A model generated the notes under the pieces. The model was not told the DNA's origin. It saw nothing but the letters and a program-made list of their open reading frames with translations, and did not search any database. Position numbers and translations under genes: made by a program. Positions 13,501 through 26,372 of a DNA stretch of 64,000 bases are shown in pieces. Origin of the DNA: Balanoglossus misakiensis (lineage: Eukaryota; Animalia; Hemichordata); the NCBI GenBank assembly GCA_040954595.2, contig CM082579.2, forward strand, positions 10,033,625 to 10,097,624, read 5' to 3'. Numbering within the stretch: the first letter of the stretch is position 1; each line of letters begins with the position of its first letter.

Positions 13501-16500
13501 GGATTAATTAAGGTTGAATGCCACTGCATTAGGGCTGCTGAGGAGGATTACAGAAGGAAGTATTCAATTTTCATTTTCACGTTGAATGTTTCTTTTTACT
13601 TTGACTTGAATTTTCATATTTGATTTAGATATGACTGTGACCCAGATCATGTTTTGCGATACAATTCTTGGTTTTCTTACTGATAATTTCCTGATACTAT
13701 TGACGTGCATAAATTACAATCTTACTAAAGTTTCTTGTACACAGAACGCCGGCATCTTCAGAGTGGTGACAACTGTGTGTTCCCCATCCATCATTAGAGC
13801 ATTCAGTGAGAACCATTTCATTTCCACTACATTGCACCCCATGTAACCATATGGGATCAGCTCCTTCTCCAAAATATGCTTCTCCATAGGCGGTTCCAAA
13901 AGATCGCCTAAGATACATCAGGAATTCAATGTCTTTTAAAACAAAATACTTTATCTGTGCATAACAGTGAATGTGTGCGTACGTACGTGTGTGTGTGTGC
14001 CCGCACGTGTTTTGACTAACGACGTACAGAACTAATAAATCCATCCAGAAAAGTGGTTCAATGAAGCCACGGACGCAATGGCACAGGTCATTTCTAAGAA
14101 TAAATCTTGTAATTACCCCAAAGATGGATAAATATGTCCTAGTTGACGACACACAACTGTTGCAGCATTATCATCAAAGCTGTCACCACAGACTGTTCCC
14201 CACTGACCATTGTGATATATTTCTACACGTCCTTTGTACTGATACGGTCCTCCTTCCAATCGAATGTCACCTTCAACTGCTGGCCCTGGATGCGTGCGTG
14301 TCAAAGGAAGATATATTCATTTGGAAATAACTTGAGTTTACTTGTTTAATTTTGTATGTGTAAATTGAAAAGAACATGTACGGATTGTGGGTACAATTTC
14401 ACTGCTTTGTTCAAGTTTACGTCGTCTTACTTTGCTACACTTGGTTTCCCTATGATCAAGTTTAGGAGGCCCACATTAATTTTTGTTCGTGGAGTAGAAA
14501 TTCTACTGATAGCCTGTTTATCTCCGGTGACATGAAATCCCGCTCAAGCATTTAAATGCTGCAGAAAAAGTACTATAAGTATACGAATATATTTTGAAAC
14601 ACCAAAATCTATTTTCTATTAAAACTTTTTTTTGCTAAGCCGGTAAGTACTTCTTTTTGCTAGGATTAAAATCGCTCGATATCACCTCTGTGCTGGGATG
14701 ATTTGCCGCGAGTGCAGGTGTGGATCACGCCCGCATCACAAAATTGGTTATTTTTTTTTTTATCTCACAGAGTCATCCCAATTTTCTTTTAAAACATGGT
14801 ATGTTAATTAACGTTGATTTGATAATTTAACAAACCTCTGCATTTACAAGTCAGTATAGGTACAGCACCAAATGTGATGAATATTGTCAGAAATACAGTT
14901 CTCGTGATGTAGGATTAACTGTATATAGATGGACACGTGACTTTTTCTGGCCTCAGCTACTTTATTTAACATGCATATAAACGTTCACTTTCCATCACTT
15001 ACCTGCACAAAGAACGCCTGCATCTTCATAGTGATCACAATTGTGTATTCCCCATCCAGGATTGGAGCATTCAGTGAGAACCATTTCATTTCCAACGCAT
15101 TTCACGTCATCCAACCATATCGGATTATTCAGACTACCTGCTGCATTTCCAAAATGTGAGTCTGTATAGGCGGTTGCAGAACTGGAACTGAAGTAGAGAA
15201 TGCAATGTTTAGATAACAAATTACTTTCTGCAACAGTGTACATACCCCGTGCGTATGTACGACCGTGGGTGTATGTGTGTGCCCGCCTGAATTGTAAGTG
15301 AGCGTGCGGGCGTGAGCATGAATTGTGAATATCGAAGTTCAGAACTACTAAATCCATTCATAAAAGTGGGTAAATGAAGCCACGGACGCAATAGCACAAC
15401 ACATTTTTAAAAAAAAATAACAAATCTTATAATTACTCATATCCCAGTTGACGACACACAACATTTGCAGCATTTTGATCAAAGCCGTCATCACAGATTA
15501 TTCCCCACTGACCGTTGTGATATATTTCTACACGTCCTTTGTACTGATCCACTCCTTCTTCCAAGCGAATGTCACCTTCAACTAGATGTGTGAAAATATA
15601 TTCATTAAAGGCATATGAGCTGTAACTGGGTAAAAAATAAGTTTTAAATAATCTCATATATGCTTTTAATTATTTTCATTAAATGACGTTTCATGATAGT
15701 CAATACTTATTTATGACAAAATGGCCAAAATTTAAAATAAATCGAAAATTCCTGCATTTAATAAAAAAGTGCAATATTGCAATGAAAAATGATAACGTAA
15801 TGTCTCAGTGGAGTACATCTACTTCCATGAGTTCAAGTGGATAAGATCAGGCTTTGTTTATGAAATTTCATAGTCGGAAATGCAACATTTTCATTATTTC
15901 TTGCATTTTCCCATGGTGGCGGCCATATTCCTTTGCGGCAAAGCTTATTATTTATCCGGTTAAAACTTGCATGTGCACTCATATTTAGGGTTTATAATAC
16001 TTGTATATAGTTCAGTACCTACATCTAATGGTAATAGAGTTTAAAAGTTATGAAAATCATCCCAAAAGTTGCAGCTTATGTGTCTTTAAGAAACAACTTA
16101 ACTTGTTTAAGCTGTATGTGTAAAAAAACAACGTCGGAATGCGACTAAATGGGAATCTGACCCTACTAAATGATACATAAGATGCTTTTTTCTGCATTGT
16201 TGATAGCCCAGGAACATGAAATTTGAAGATTGTTGTTATTGGATATTTCCGAATTACAATTTGAGATATCCGCGCCCTTCAGACAACAGTAGGAAATTAA
16301 TTGTACACACAAATCAAGATAGGAATGAACATAAAATGCTACTTTTGAAATTTACAACAAATACGTGATAAAGTTGATGTGATGAAGAGCGTCTTATTTA
16401 TCGGAGTACACTTTGTCGATACTGTCAGAAACAGTTGCGGCATACTCCAGTTTTGATATAACAACAAAACTTGAGCAGAGCGTCTATATACGGGTAACTC

Positions 16501-19500
16501 CCAAATGCCAAGTAATCATCGACCACAGGTATTACTTAAACTGATGTGTATGGAAAAACTCCACTTGTTATCTAGTGTAACACCTACGTGTACGCCTCAA
16601 TAAGTGTGCAACGTGCCCAGCTCGTGTGTATAAAGCTGAATTTTATCAATAATTAAAAAACTTTGGTAAATGTCAATCTAGCCAAAGAAAGACGAAGCAC
16701 TATACAAACTTAGTATAGTTATGAGACATCCTGCATTTGTCTGACCATTTGGATTACTGGAATATCACATGTGTTGCAACACTTATAACAGTCATTCACA
16801 TTATACAGGGGAACTTGTACAATTGAAGATCATCAGCAAATCCTCCGATATACATAACACACACTTACAATGTTCTAAAACAACGTTCAAATACAGAAAC
16901 AAATACAGTGGGTTTACACAAGTGTGCGACCCTTATGGACCCCTTGATCTCACTAAAGTGGGGTCTGATCTACACCTTTACACATTAACACCCTGGGTCC
17001 TATACTACCAATTTCAAAATAGCTTGGAAATTGTTTGTCCTCTGTTGATAAAATAAACGATCTGTCACACGCGAGAGAAAACGCCGAGAAACTGGTTCAC
17101 CATGGCAACGTTACGCAGTTGATGAGGGCAAAGAAGGGGATCGGCAGTCAGATGACAGAATTGCTGAAATTAGAGACAGAAACCGAACCGATAAAGAGCG
17201 ACTATATACCTGAAGTTCCAACCGTGTGATGATTTCTGTACGCAGAAGAAGCTAGGAGCGACGGAGACCACTGCAGCTGCCTATGAAATAGTTGATGCTC
17301 CGGACTTCAGAAGAATTGGCGAAGAAATTTGCGTCACAATGACGTCACCGCTCAAGACAAAGATCGATGAAGTTAAGGCTGCCTTGACATCAGGAGAAAA
17401 AGTGGAAGTCAGCGATAATAACGACGGAACACTAAGTTTAAAAACTCGTGCAAACACGGAAGGCGAACATGAACTGTCAGTGTCGGTACGAAAGAAAGTA
17501 GTACGTGGTTCACCGGTTAGAATTACAGTTATTCCCGCTAAGAAGGGATTGGTGTGTAAATTTGGGTAGAAGGGTTCAGGGGTTGGTCAGCTGCAGGGTC
17601 CTTATGGGGTAACACTCACAAGAACAGGAGATGCGTTAGTTTCTGACTTTTGGAATCATAGATTGCAATCCTTTAGTGTGGGTGGAAAACAGCAGAATAT
17701 ACATTGTATTCCAATTTGGAAAATTGGGTAATGCATTTCAACCAAACGATGCAGCTGTGTCAGTGGATGGAAATTTTTTCGCAACAGATGAAGGAAATAC
17801 GCAGGTAATTGTCTGTGACGAGAATGGCAAACTGATCAGGTGTTTTGAGAAGGGAAAGATTAAATTGCCGCTCGGTATTGGCATAAGTCCTGTCAATGGG
17901 AGGGTGTATGTTGTGGATCACCATGGACACTGTATTCACATTTACGACCAGGATGGAAATCTTATCAAGTCATTTGGGAGTACGGGAAGTAAGGAGGGTG
18001 GGTTTATCCGTCCATGGTTTATTTGCATTGACGACAAAGGCAATGTCTATGTATCAGATACTTGTAACAATCGCATTCAAGTGCATGTTCGATGGTGATG
18101 GTCACTTCCTGAATACATTCGGCTCTTACGGAAGTGGAGATGGTCAGCTGTGTGTATGTCTCAGCTATAGGCAATAACAGAATTGTCAAATATGAATCTT
18201 TGGGGAAATTTGTATGTCGCGTTGACAGTGACGATGATGGACTTAAAGATCCCCGAGGTATCTGTGTAACCGACGACGAACCGTTCGGCAAAGTAGTTGT
18301 TGTTGATGCAGGCAACAATTGTGTCAATGTGTTTGCACAGTAGAAAACGAATAACAACATTTCCGATCGAAAAAAACACACAGATAACACTATGATTGTG
18401 TTAACCCTGGGTATTTGCACTTCGAATACTGTGTAAAAACAAAAAGTTGAATTAGCATTCTCGACACAGACAAATATCTCAATATTCCGGCAGTTGACAT
18501 CTTCCCCGCATGCGCAGTGTGGTGCAGTAACACGAGGTTGAGGGGTGATCAGTGAGGCCTGATGACCACGCCTTTTTCTTTTTCATTATAAAGAAATTTG
18601 ACATGAGATTTGACATTTTCTTCTTTTTTCACTGTAACTGTAATATATTTAGAAGCATTTAATTATTGAGATTCATGTATTATTTCCTGTAAGGTCATTA
18701 TATTCGTGTCATGGCATTGTTGGGATATCGGTAGAAGTATACGGTTTGATTGCGCACCATCATTGGTATGGAAAACAGAGTAAAGAATTCTCAACAGATT
18801 TTTTATTATTGTACCAAACGTCTAGATGTTTGTGGTTGTCCTTTCGCTTTAAAGTGATAAAGTCGCACTTTTTGACATTATTCAATTATTCCGGTTATCT
18901 TATTTCGGTGGCTTACTTCAGATTTGACATTTAACTAGTTAATTCATTTCAGTGCAGTTGTGAATTGACATTGGTGACCAGAACATTATACCAATTAGGC
19001 ATTTGGGTCGCACAAAGCTGACAATGCCAAACGGAAATTTTAATAATTTAAGCAATGATCACCATTGTTTTCTCACAGCCCGCCATTTCCAAATAAAATT
19101 CCCTATTTGGACTGAAAAAATGTGTGTGTTTCTGAATCATTTCTCCTCTGCAAAGGATAATCTGTAAACGTACACGGTTAAAAACCATGCATATGGAAAT
19201 AAATGCGATGGATCCATGGACACGAAAACAGAAAAAACTCTTTTCCACATTTCGAAACAATAGAAAATTTGCTACAAAATGTATTAAAAGCTCCTGTTGT
19301 CTGTGCGCGAAACTATTGACAACTCTGTAAACCTGGAAAAAAACAGGGCATAGATGGAGGCAAGAAAAGTGGAAAGGAGAAAGAGAAAGACGAGAAGGAC
19401 GGGGCAGTGTCGTCTGCGAAGCCTGAGAGTCAGGATACGGACGGAGTGGCCGATTTGCTGGCGTTGATTACGTCAGGGTAGCCAAGTCTGGTACCCAGAC

Positions 19501-20866
19501 CCCAGTGTGTTTTACATAGACGCCCATGTCTATCTTAACACACTGGTAGCCATGATATTGCTCCGAGCGGGAAAGAAGGCCACGGGGAGGATAAAGTTGA
19601 CGGCGCAACATACAACACACGGACTAAATCTGGTAGACAGACATCAGAACACATATTAGCCAACGTCCAGTAACAATCCGGGGAAAGCATGTAATAAATC
19701 CTGACGCTGCGCCCAAGTCACCAAAGGAGGGGGTAGGCCTAGTGATTGAAATAAACTAATGTAGACTATTGAGTTTACGTGACAATTTGAGACGCCTCAC
19801 TTGCACGTACCCAGATATGTCATTTTTGACCCGGATGCGTATACGAACTGCGCACTTGGTCAAAAACCTCAGAGGTAACTGATATTAGATATCACCATAA
19901 TCTCAGACCATACTATCGATAAAATAATTTCCCCTCGACAGGTTACTTTAGAAACGGAAGGAGTATAGATCAGAATGACTATTTACAATTGAAATTTGGT
20001 TACAATCTGAGGCCGCCCCCTTTCGTAACCCGGACGCGCAGTTCATGACCCGGAGACTGGCGTCCCTTTACGAGGGCTAAAGTACACTCTGGGCCGGGGC
20101 GTTCCAATGACCTCGCTGGGGACAAGAGTCTAAATACTGTAGGAACAACACGGCACTGTACTGTGTTGTTGGTACATAAACGTATATCATGGCCGTGACA
20201 GGGGCGGAGATTGTCTTCAGACTTCTTTCGACTGTGGCAGCTGTTGTGCTGGTCAGCTTTACATGGAGACTATGGACTTTGATACGAGCAAGGCGACACT
20301 GCAACTTCTTGCTGCGCTCTTTCCCGTCTGCACCGGGCGGACACTGGTTGAAGGGTCATACCGCAATGGTGAGTGCTATGTAACTTTTTATTTGTGTTGA
20401 GAGAGCTGTCTGACAACACAAACGTTCGTTACGGTTAACGCCATTTATTTCGGTGACCCCTAGTCTGGTGTCCAGACGCCTGTGTGGTTTAGATAGACCT
20501 GCGTGTGAGTCTATCTAAAACACACTGGGGTCTGGATAATAACCAGACTAGGTGACCCCCGTCTCATCTAACAACTTATTTGTTTAACATTCTTGGATAT
20601 AGCTTCTATGTGTGTGGATCAACATGCATAGCACACATCTCTGAGCTAAACTTATATGTCACATTAATTAGATCCCCTGTTACTTTTAATAGAATATGGG
20701 TAAAGAGGAAGGGATACAAGAAACAGAAGATCTCACGCACCATCTTCCTCATTACTACGTCATCTCAACCCCTGCATCATCGGCGTTACAGGTTGTTCAC
20801 CCTGACACATTCAAGACAATCTCTTCTACTGCTGGTAAGTGTACCTACCTACCTAGACCTACCTTC

Positions 20867-20926
<60 letters not shown>

Positions 20927-23900
20927 GCACGCACACACACACACACACACACACATATACATACATACACACATACAATGACATGTCATATACACTCACT
21001 GACAATCACTCCAACTAATTCATCCATCCATTCATTCATTCATTCATTCATTCATTCATTCATTCAATTTCTGAATTGAATTTCAGAACCGAAAAGCCGG
21101 TTAACGTACGCTCGAATTCGGGAATGGCTAGGCGATGGTCTGCTGATCAGTTCTGGAAAGAAGTGGAAAAGTCGTCGTCGTTTGTTTACCCCAGTGTTCC
21201 ATTTTGATATGCTGAAACCGTACGTGAAAACATACAACGCATGCACGCATGTCTTGTTGGTAAGTAGGCTACATGACTCTTGAGTCTGACAAAGCGTCAG
21301 GGCAAAGGTGAACATGCGATACACCGCCGTCCAAAAGCAGTGGGTGTAGACTGTACTGAAATGACACGGATCAGCGTATTCGTCATTTTTAAATGTGCGT
21401 GCTTTATAGTCTCGGTTATTTACCCAGACCCCTCTGCTTCTTCCGTTGGGCACTCCAGAAAGAGGGTGTGGGGGAAATAGCATAGAAAAATCTCCGGGCA
21501 AAGATGGTCGACCCGAGGCAAAAAGCTATGCATGATGATTGCAGCCTCAAACATATAAAAACATGATGAAAAGTGCTGGGCGTGCTGAAACTGTCGACAA
21601 ATTGAAGAGAGAGAGAGAAGTTTGGTAAAAAGTTTTTCTAATATCGTCGTATCATAATATAAAATGTCATAAATGTCGACCATCATGCATCGCTGTTGAC
21701 TTTTTACACGAATCTTTCCAATGGAATAATATGCGTGTGATAGTATTTATTTTGAACGGTGTTGTGCTATAAGTATTTTCTGGCATGTTTGTAGGACACT
21801 ATTTTCCTTGTTAATAAACATGCAACCATATCGCTGTGAATAATTCCAGATGTTTTTTGGCAGGATCAATTGAACAATATCAGTACAGATGGACCAGTCG
21901 AATTGTTCGAACACATCAGTTTGTTGACCTTGGATATATTGTTACAGTGTTTATTTGGAGTGGACAGCAAATGCCAACTGCACAGGTTTGTAACCAATTT
22001 CACTATTTTGAAATTTCCCGCAAGTTTTTACAGAAATATTTATCAAATGTTTCAAAACCCTCATCTTCACATCATCAACAAATGCTGCTACTGAGTCTGA
22101 TATATACTGGTACTTATACTAATACTAACCCTAATACTAAAATTAATACTAATACAAGCACAACAACGCTATGCCTTTATTTACAGTGGATATGCAGATT
22201 ATATCACTGCTGTTCGACGTTTATCCTTCCTATCGAGGAAAAAAATGTCAGACTGGAAAACCTTCATTTTTGGGAATTTCTACTACTATTATTTAACACC
22301 AGATGGATATCGATGGCGGAAAACACTCGACGTGTTGCATGGTTACTCTCGCCATTTGATAAATCAACGGAAGGCTTTGAGAGAACTAAAAGAGAGCACA
22401 GAAATACCAAAAATTGCATTTATTGACTCACTGTTGGATGCTAAGGTAAGTTGCCATCCTTTCGGGCTTACTTACTAGTAATATAGGTTTTCACTTTTTG
22501 CTAGGGGGTCATGTCACATTATAATAATTGCATTCTGGGTAAAAAGTCGACAACTCGCTGCAGTAAGAGACAGAAGAAATGATATGTTAACTTTATTTCA
22601 TAACTTCCTTTGATCAAACATTTCCGTCTTTGTACTTAGAATATTAAACTCATTCAACTTATTTCACATTTTTGACCCAGTATCACTTTAGGTTATGAAC
22701 GTCCATTTCTCAAACATGGCAAAATCGGCCATCTTGAAATTGTGTAGACCACATGAGATTTCCATCACTCACCTAGGTAGCAAAAACATATTTAAGGTAG
22801 CGAGAATTAAATTGAGGGAATAATTAAAGGGACATTAGCCTTAATTTGTCTATATTTTCAGTTTTTTGTGTTCCATGTACCAAACACGATTTTTTTGTTC
22901 TCCTCCAAAGAACATGCCCAGGTATACGCCTGTCAACATAGCACGTATGCGCATAACAACAATTGTGTCTGTTGACTAATGAATTCTAGTCCGGACTTGA
23001 ATTCATAGCTTGCACATAACAGTGCCAAGTTAATAAGCTAAATACTATAGGCATTTCATATAGGTTCAACGATTTGAACAAGAAACTGCGGTCGATAAAC
23101 CTAACAACCATCATGAAAACGTAGGGTAAAGTTACATCTAAATGAGCTTCAAGGCACAGGTTTGATATCTTTCTTTGGCAACACGCTAAACAACGGCTAA
23201 GCAAGTCAAGTCAACAGTGACCACTGACCCTTTGAAAATATATTTTGCCAAAATCCAGGATTCAGACGGGAACGGGCTTACAGACGAGGATATACTGAGT
23301 GAAGTGGACACATTCCTGTTCGAAGGTCACGACACCACCGCCAGCGGAATTTCCTGGTTCTTGTACAATCTTGCCCGCCATCCTAAACACCAAGAAAAAT
23401 GTCGCCAAGAGGTCGATGACCTTCTGAATAACAAGGATGGGGACGAATTGGACTGGTAGGAATAATTATAAATATTTGCCTCCATCATCTGTCTAATGAT
23501 CATTTGAACAGGTGTGAAATAATATTAATGAAATTCTGTTTGACGACAGAACAAAAGTTGTACGTTTCCCCTTTTCTTTACAGGAACGACATTCAAAAGA
23601 TGCCATACACAACCATGTGCTTGAAAGAGAGCCTTCGCATACACGCTCCTGTCTCACTTGTAACTAGACAAACTACAGATTACCACCAGTTTCCCGATGG
23701 CAACGTCATTCAGCCAGGTGAATGTTTAGATAACGTCGTTTACATCACGGGGTTTACTTCGTGTCAGTCGCGCAGGGCTATGGCCGTAGCATGTCGGATG
23801 CATATAGCAAGTTTTCTTGTATAAATACAAATAGTGTCGCTGAGATCTAAAAATGCAACAACCACTGGCTTCTCGTGCCTTTGCATGTGCAACGTCAAAA

Positions 23901-26212
23901 TTAACTCCTCCTGCAAAAAGCTACTTAAAATAGTGTCACAGAAATTACCCAATCAATAATCGTTTCACAAATTAAGTGTCTACGGTACAGTGCGTGTTCT
24001 ACTGGCCACAAGGATGCTATCATGAAATTCTATTCAACCAACCCTGGCCCGTTTTCGTGTACGTATGAAGCAGTTGTCATAAAAAATGCTTTTGGTTTAC
24101 AACGATACACAAAACACTCCAGACAAAGTAACTTGATACCATGTCCATTAATTACAGGTACAGTTGTCAGCTTGGCAATAAACACTGTCCATCGCAACCC
24201 TCACGTGTGGGAAAACCCGGAAGTATATGACCCTGCCAGATTCTCAGCAGAGAACTCCAAAAGCCGGCCATCCCACGCGTTCGTACCATTCTCCGCTGGT
24301 CCAAGGTAGTTACTTATGATGGTTTTGTATATGATGATATGATTATGGAATTGTGAACTCTAAATCTCTCTGTACATACAGTAGACCAACCAACCTTCCT
24401 TTGTGAATATATCCATTAACTGTTTACAACTAATTTTACTTCATTTATAGGAATTGTATCGGGCAGAAATTTGCAATGCATGAAATGAAAGTGACAACGG
24501 CTTTGATCCTCCGCCGTTTTCACTTATCAGTTGATGGCTGTCCCGCGCCAAAACGAAGAAAGGGGTTTGTCCTGAGAGCAGACAATGGTATCTATGTCAA
24601 TCTCAAGCGAAGAAATCTATATGACACAGAATAACCTTCAATATTAAACACAGCAAGCCAGTAAAGCGACTACGTGTCTATGAAATCCTTGGGTTGGTGA
24701 CACCCCCTCCCACACCCACCCCCTACATTCTCCGCCACATTTCGATTTTTGCTGGTTTGTCTAGTCTACCAGGGCAGAGTGATTGCCACCCCAAACCCAC
24801 TGACGATAATATTTAACAAAGTAAAAACATAAAGGAGAATAATCGTTTATACCATTTCGCATAACTGATACTTTCGTGCTGCATCTTCTATATGCTGGAA
24901 GTTTTATAAATGATGTCATGACGAAGATGACGCCAAATCTTCTAAACTTTGAGCGGAATGGCAAAAAGTAAAATTGGTCCTCCCAAACATTGAGATGAAT
25001 TTGCTTTTGAGTTAATTTGCTTTTGAGTTCATTAAAATGCAACTTTGAGCACCGTATTTTACAAAATTTTCTTATGTGGGAGGGGGACACCCCCTCCCAC
25101 GCCCACCCCGCCACTTTTCTTGTTTTACCAGTTCTAGCAACTATTGTATTGACTTGTCATTTTATTTTGTTCATAGATTTCTTTATTGCAACGATATTAT
25201 TAAATAATTCAATTACTTTAAGAAATTTATAACTGAGGTGTGAGGAGCGTCATTCCCTTTATTGCATACAGTGTACATAGGATCAGGACGGCGAATGTTT
25301 TCAGCGTGGGGGGGGGGGGGTCACCATATTTTGGGGTCTGTCAAAGGGGGGGTCATCATTTTTTTGGCCTGGGTGAAGGGGGGTCGGCCTGATTTTGAAA
25401 ACCGATGACACAAACTTTCCCCCCCCCCCAGCCGTAAAAACATATTTATCGGGGGTTCTCACTGTAACGCGTTCAACCAAGCAGCAACAGAAACAGAAAA
25501 AACATGTGTGAACATATTTATTCGCTGACGGCCCACCACCAAGGCTACAATTATTGCAGCTAATGAACAGGGCTGTGCGTATAAAATAGTATAGAATATT
25601 TGCTTTTGGAAACATCTCCACACTCACGGGATGCTTTTCACATTCAAACTGCCGACGAGAGAATTGGATGGGAAAGTCTATTCAATCGAACGCGGAATGA
25701 ATCTTTTAGCTGAATGAAATTAATTTAAGAAAATAGAATGATTTCCAGCCCATACCAAGCACCGACATGATATCATGACAGTAAGTTGATCAAATATTTT
25801 GCTGAAATGAAGCAATTTGAACATCGATCCATTGTCACTATTCAATTTTCTATTTTAAACAAAATGTCCGCTTTAAACGGAAAACACGATCAGTGACAGA
25901 GACGCTCTACCCGTCTTTAGAACGTTTAATCCAATTAAAAACTGCGACTTTTACAAAGCGACTTCTAGTCATGAAAGTTCAATGAAACAGTTGTTGACAA
26001 TCATTACAGTTCAGTTATCGAAATTTAATCACAAAATTAATGCAGTCGAACAGCCGCGAACAAAGAAAACCAAAATGGTCTATAGTAATCTTCAGGAGTA
26101 ACATTAATACCAAAGACACTACTTGCAAAACCACAAGTTTACTCTTACCTGTTCCTTCGGTTATGCGCGTACAGTATAGCAATAACAGCGAAATTAGGAC
26201 TAGTTGACACAT
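1196..26212 (-). CDS. Spliced gene, possibly pseudogenising: signal peptide, SRCR x3, pentraxin/LamG, HYR, PKD1L-like GAIN/GPS, with no TM exons seen
   Basis: Exons: 26149-26212 (signal), 15437-15581 and 15003-15187 (SRCR1), 14117-14285 and 13726-13907 (SRCR2), 13360-13416//10702-10784 and 10265-10437 (SRCR3, split), 7349-7912 (PTX), 6635-6697, 5922-6161 (HYR), 4479-4575, 3430-3755, 2886-2994, 2573-2652, 1856-2084, 1479-1570, 1196-1249 (GAIN/GPS). One linking exon near 5330-5380 is uncertain, and the link to the signal exon is inferred. Confidence 0.75.
5922..6161 (-). CDS. HYR-domain exon
   Basis: [14 protein letters not shown]...[32 protein letters not shown], with AG/GT boundaries and phase 1-1. 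Confidence 0.9.
7349..7912 (-). CDS. Pentraxin/LamG3 exon
   Basis: [18 protein letters not shown] and [10 protein letters not shown] motifs, with canonical splice sites. Confidence 0.9.
8069..8129. repeat. (ATT)n microsatellite
   Basis: Direct read. Confidence 0.95.
10265..15581 (-). CDS. Three tandem two-exon SRCR domains
   Basis: [32 protein letters not shown] and FG.G..PIWLD.V.C.G.E..L..C...GWG.H.C.H.EDAGV.C in three copies, with homologous introns. Confidence 0.92.
10494..10590. repeat. (TATG)n microsatellite in an SRCR3 intron
   Basis: Direct read. Confidence 0.95.
10785..13359. mobile_element. ~2.6-kb non-autonomous TIR DNA transposon (EnSpm/CMC-like?) inside the SRCR3 exon
   Basis: TIRs ctgggcaaaatgattgatatac and gtatatcaacctttttgcccag, TA on both flanks, and many subterminal atacgt motifs at both ends. 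The SRCR coding sequence breaks at one end and resumes at the other. Confidence 0.85.
15609..16085. mobile_element. Kolobok-like MITE
   Basis: TTAA|aggcatatgagctgtaact ... agttgcagcttatgtgtct|TTAA: imperfect TIRs, TTAA TSD and RR..YY termini. Confidence 0.75.
17045..18343 (+). pseudogene. Intronless TRIM2/TRIM3-like fragment (coiled coil, filamin repeat, NHL repeats)
   Basis: Filamin-like [20 protein letters not shown] and NHL repeats ([37 protein letters not shown]). In-frame TAG at 17567-17569, several frameshifts, and no RING/B-box. Confidence 0.85.
20189..24634 (+). CDS. Cytochrome P450 family 4 (CYP4F/4A-like), 9 exons, ~512 aa, intact
   Basis: Exons 20189-20368, 20693-20834, 21087-21259, 21864-21985, 22187-22445, 23259-23455, 23584-23717, 24158-24305 and 24451-24634, all phase-consistent. 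Motifs [41 protein letters not shown] and FSAGPRNCIG. Confidence 0.95.
20461..20550. mobile_element. 90-bp palindromic MITE (Academ-like) in CYP4 intron 1
   Basis: TIR tagtctgg...ccagacta with 9-bp TSD ggtgacccc at 20452-20460 and 20551-20559. A related copy lies at ~19485-19550. Confidence 0.8.
20869..21066. repeat. (CA)n and (TTCA)n microsatellites in CYP4 intron 2
   Basis: Direct read. Confidence 0.9.
26149..26212 (-). CDS. Signal-peptide first exon [21 protein letters not shown]
   Basis: ATG, hydrophobic core and a CAG|gtaaga phase-1 donor that matches the phase-1 SRCR1 acceptor at 15581. Confidence 0.7.
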
Positions 26213-26314
26213 CTCAGTATTTCATCCTGTTTTACACGCGAAGTACAATTTAAACTGTGGGGTATACAGGGTTGTGAACATACAAGTACATCAGTCAGTT
26301 GCTATAGGCACACC

Positions 26315-26372
26315 CACGCGCTTTTATTGGTGGTGTTAATTCACGTCACTCAGTCGTACCCCGGCCAATCGC
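26315..26372 (-). promoter_or_regulatory. Putative promoter: CCAAT box, CRE-like TGACGTGA and AT-rich AATAAAA element upstream of the signal exon
   Basis: ggccaatc at ~26362, tcacgtca at 26341 and ttttatt at ~26322. Motif match only. Confidence 0.35.
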
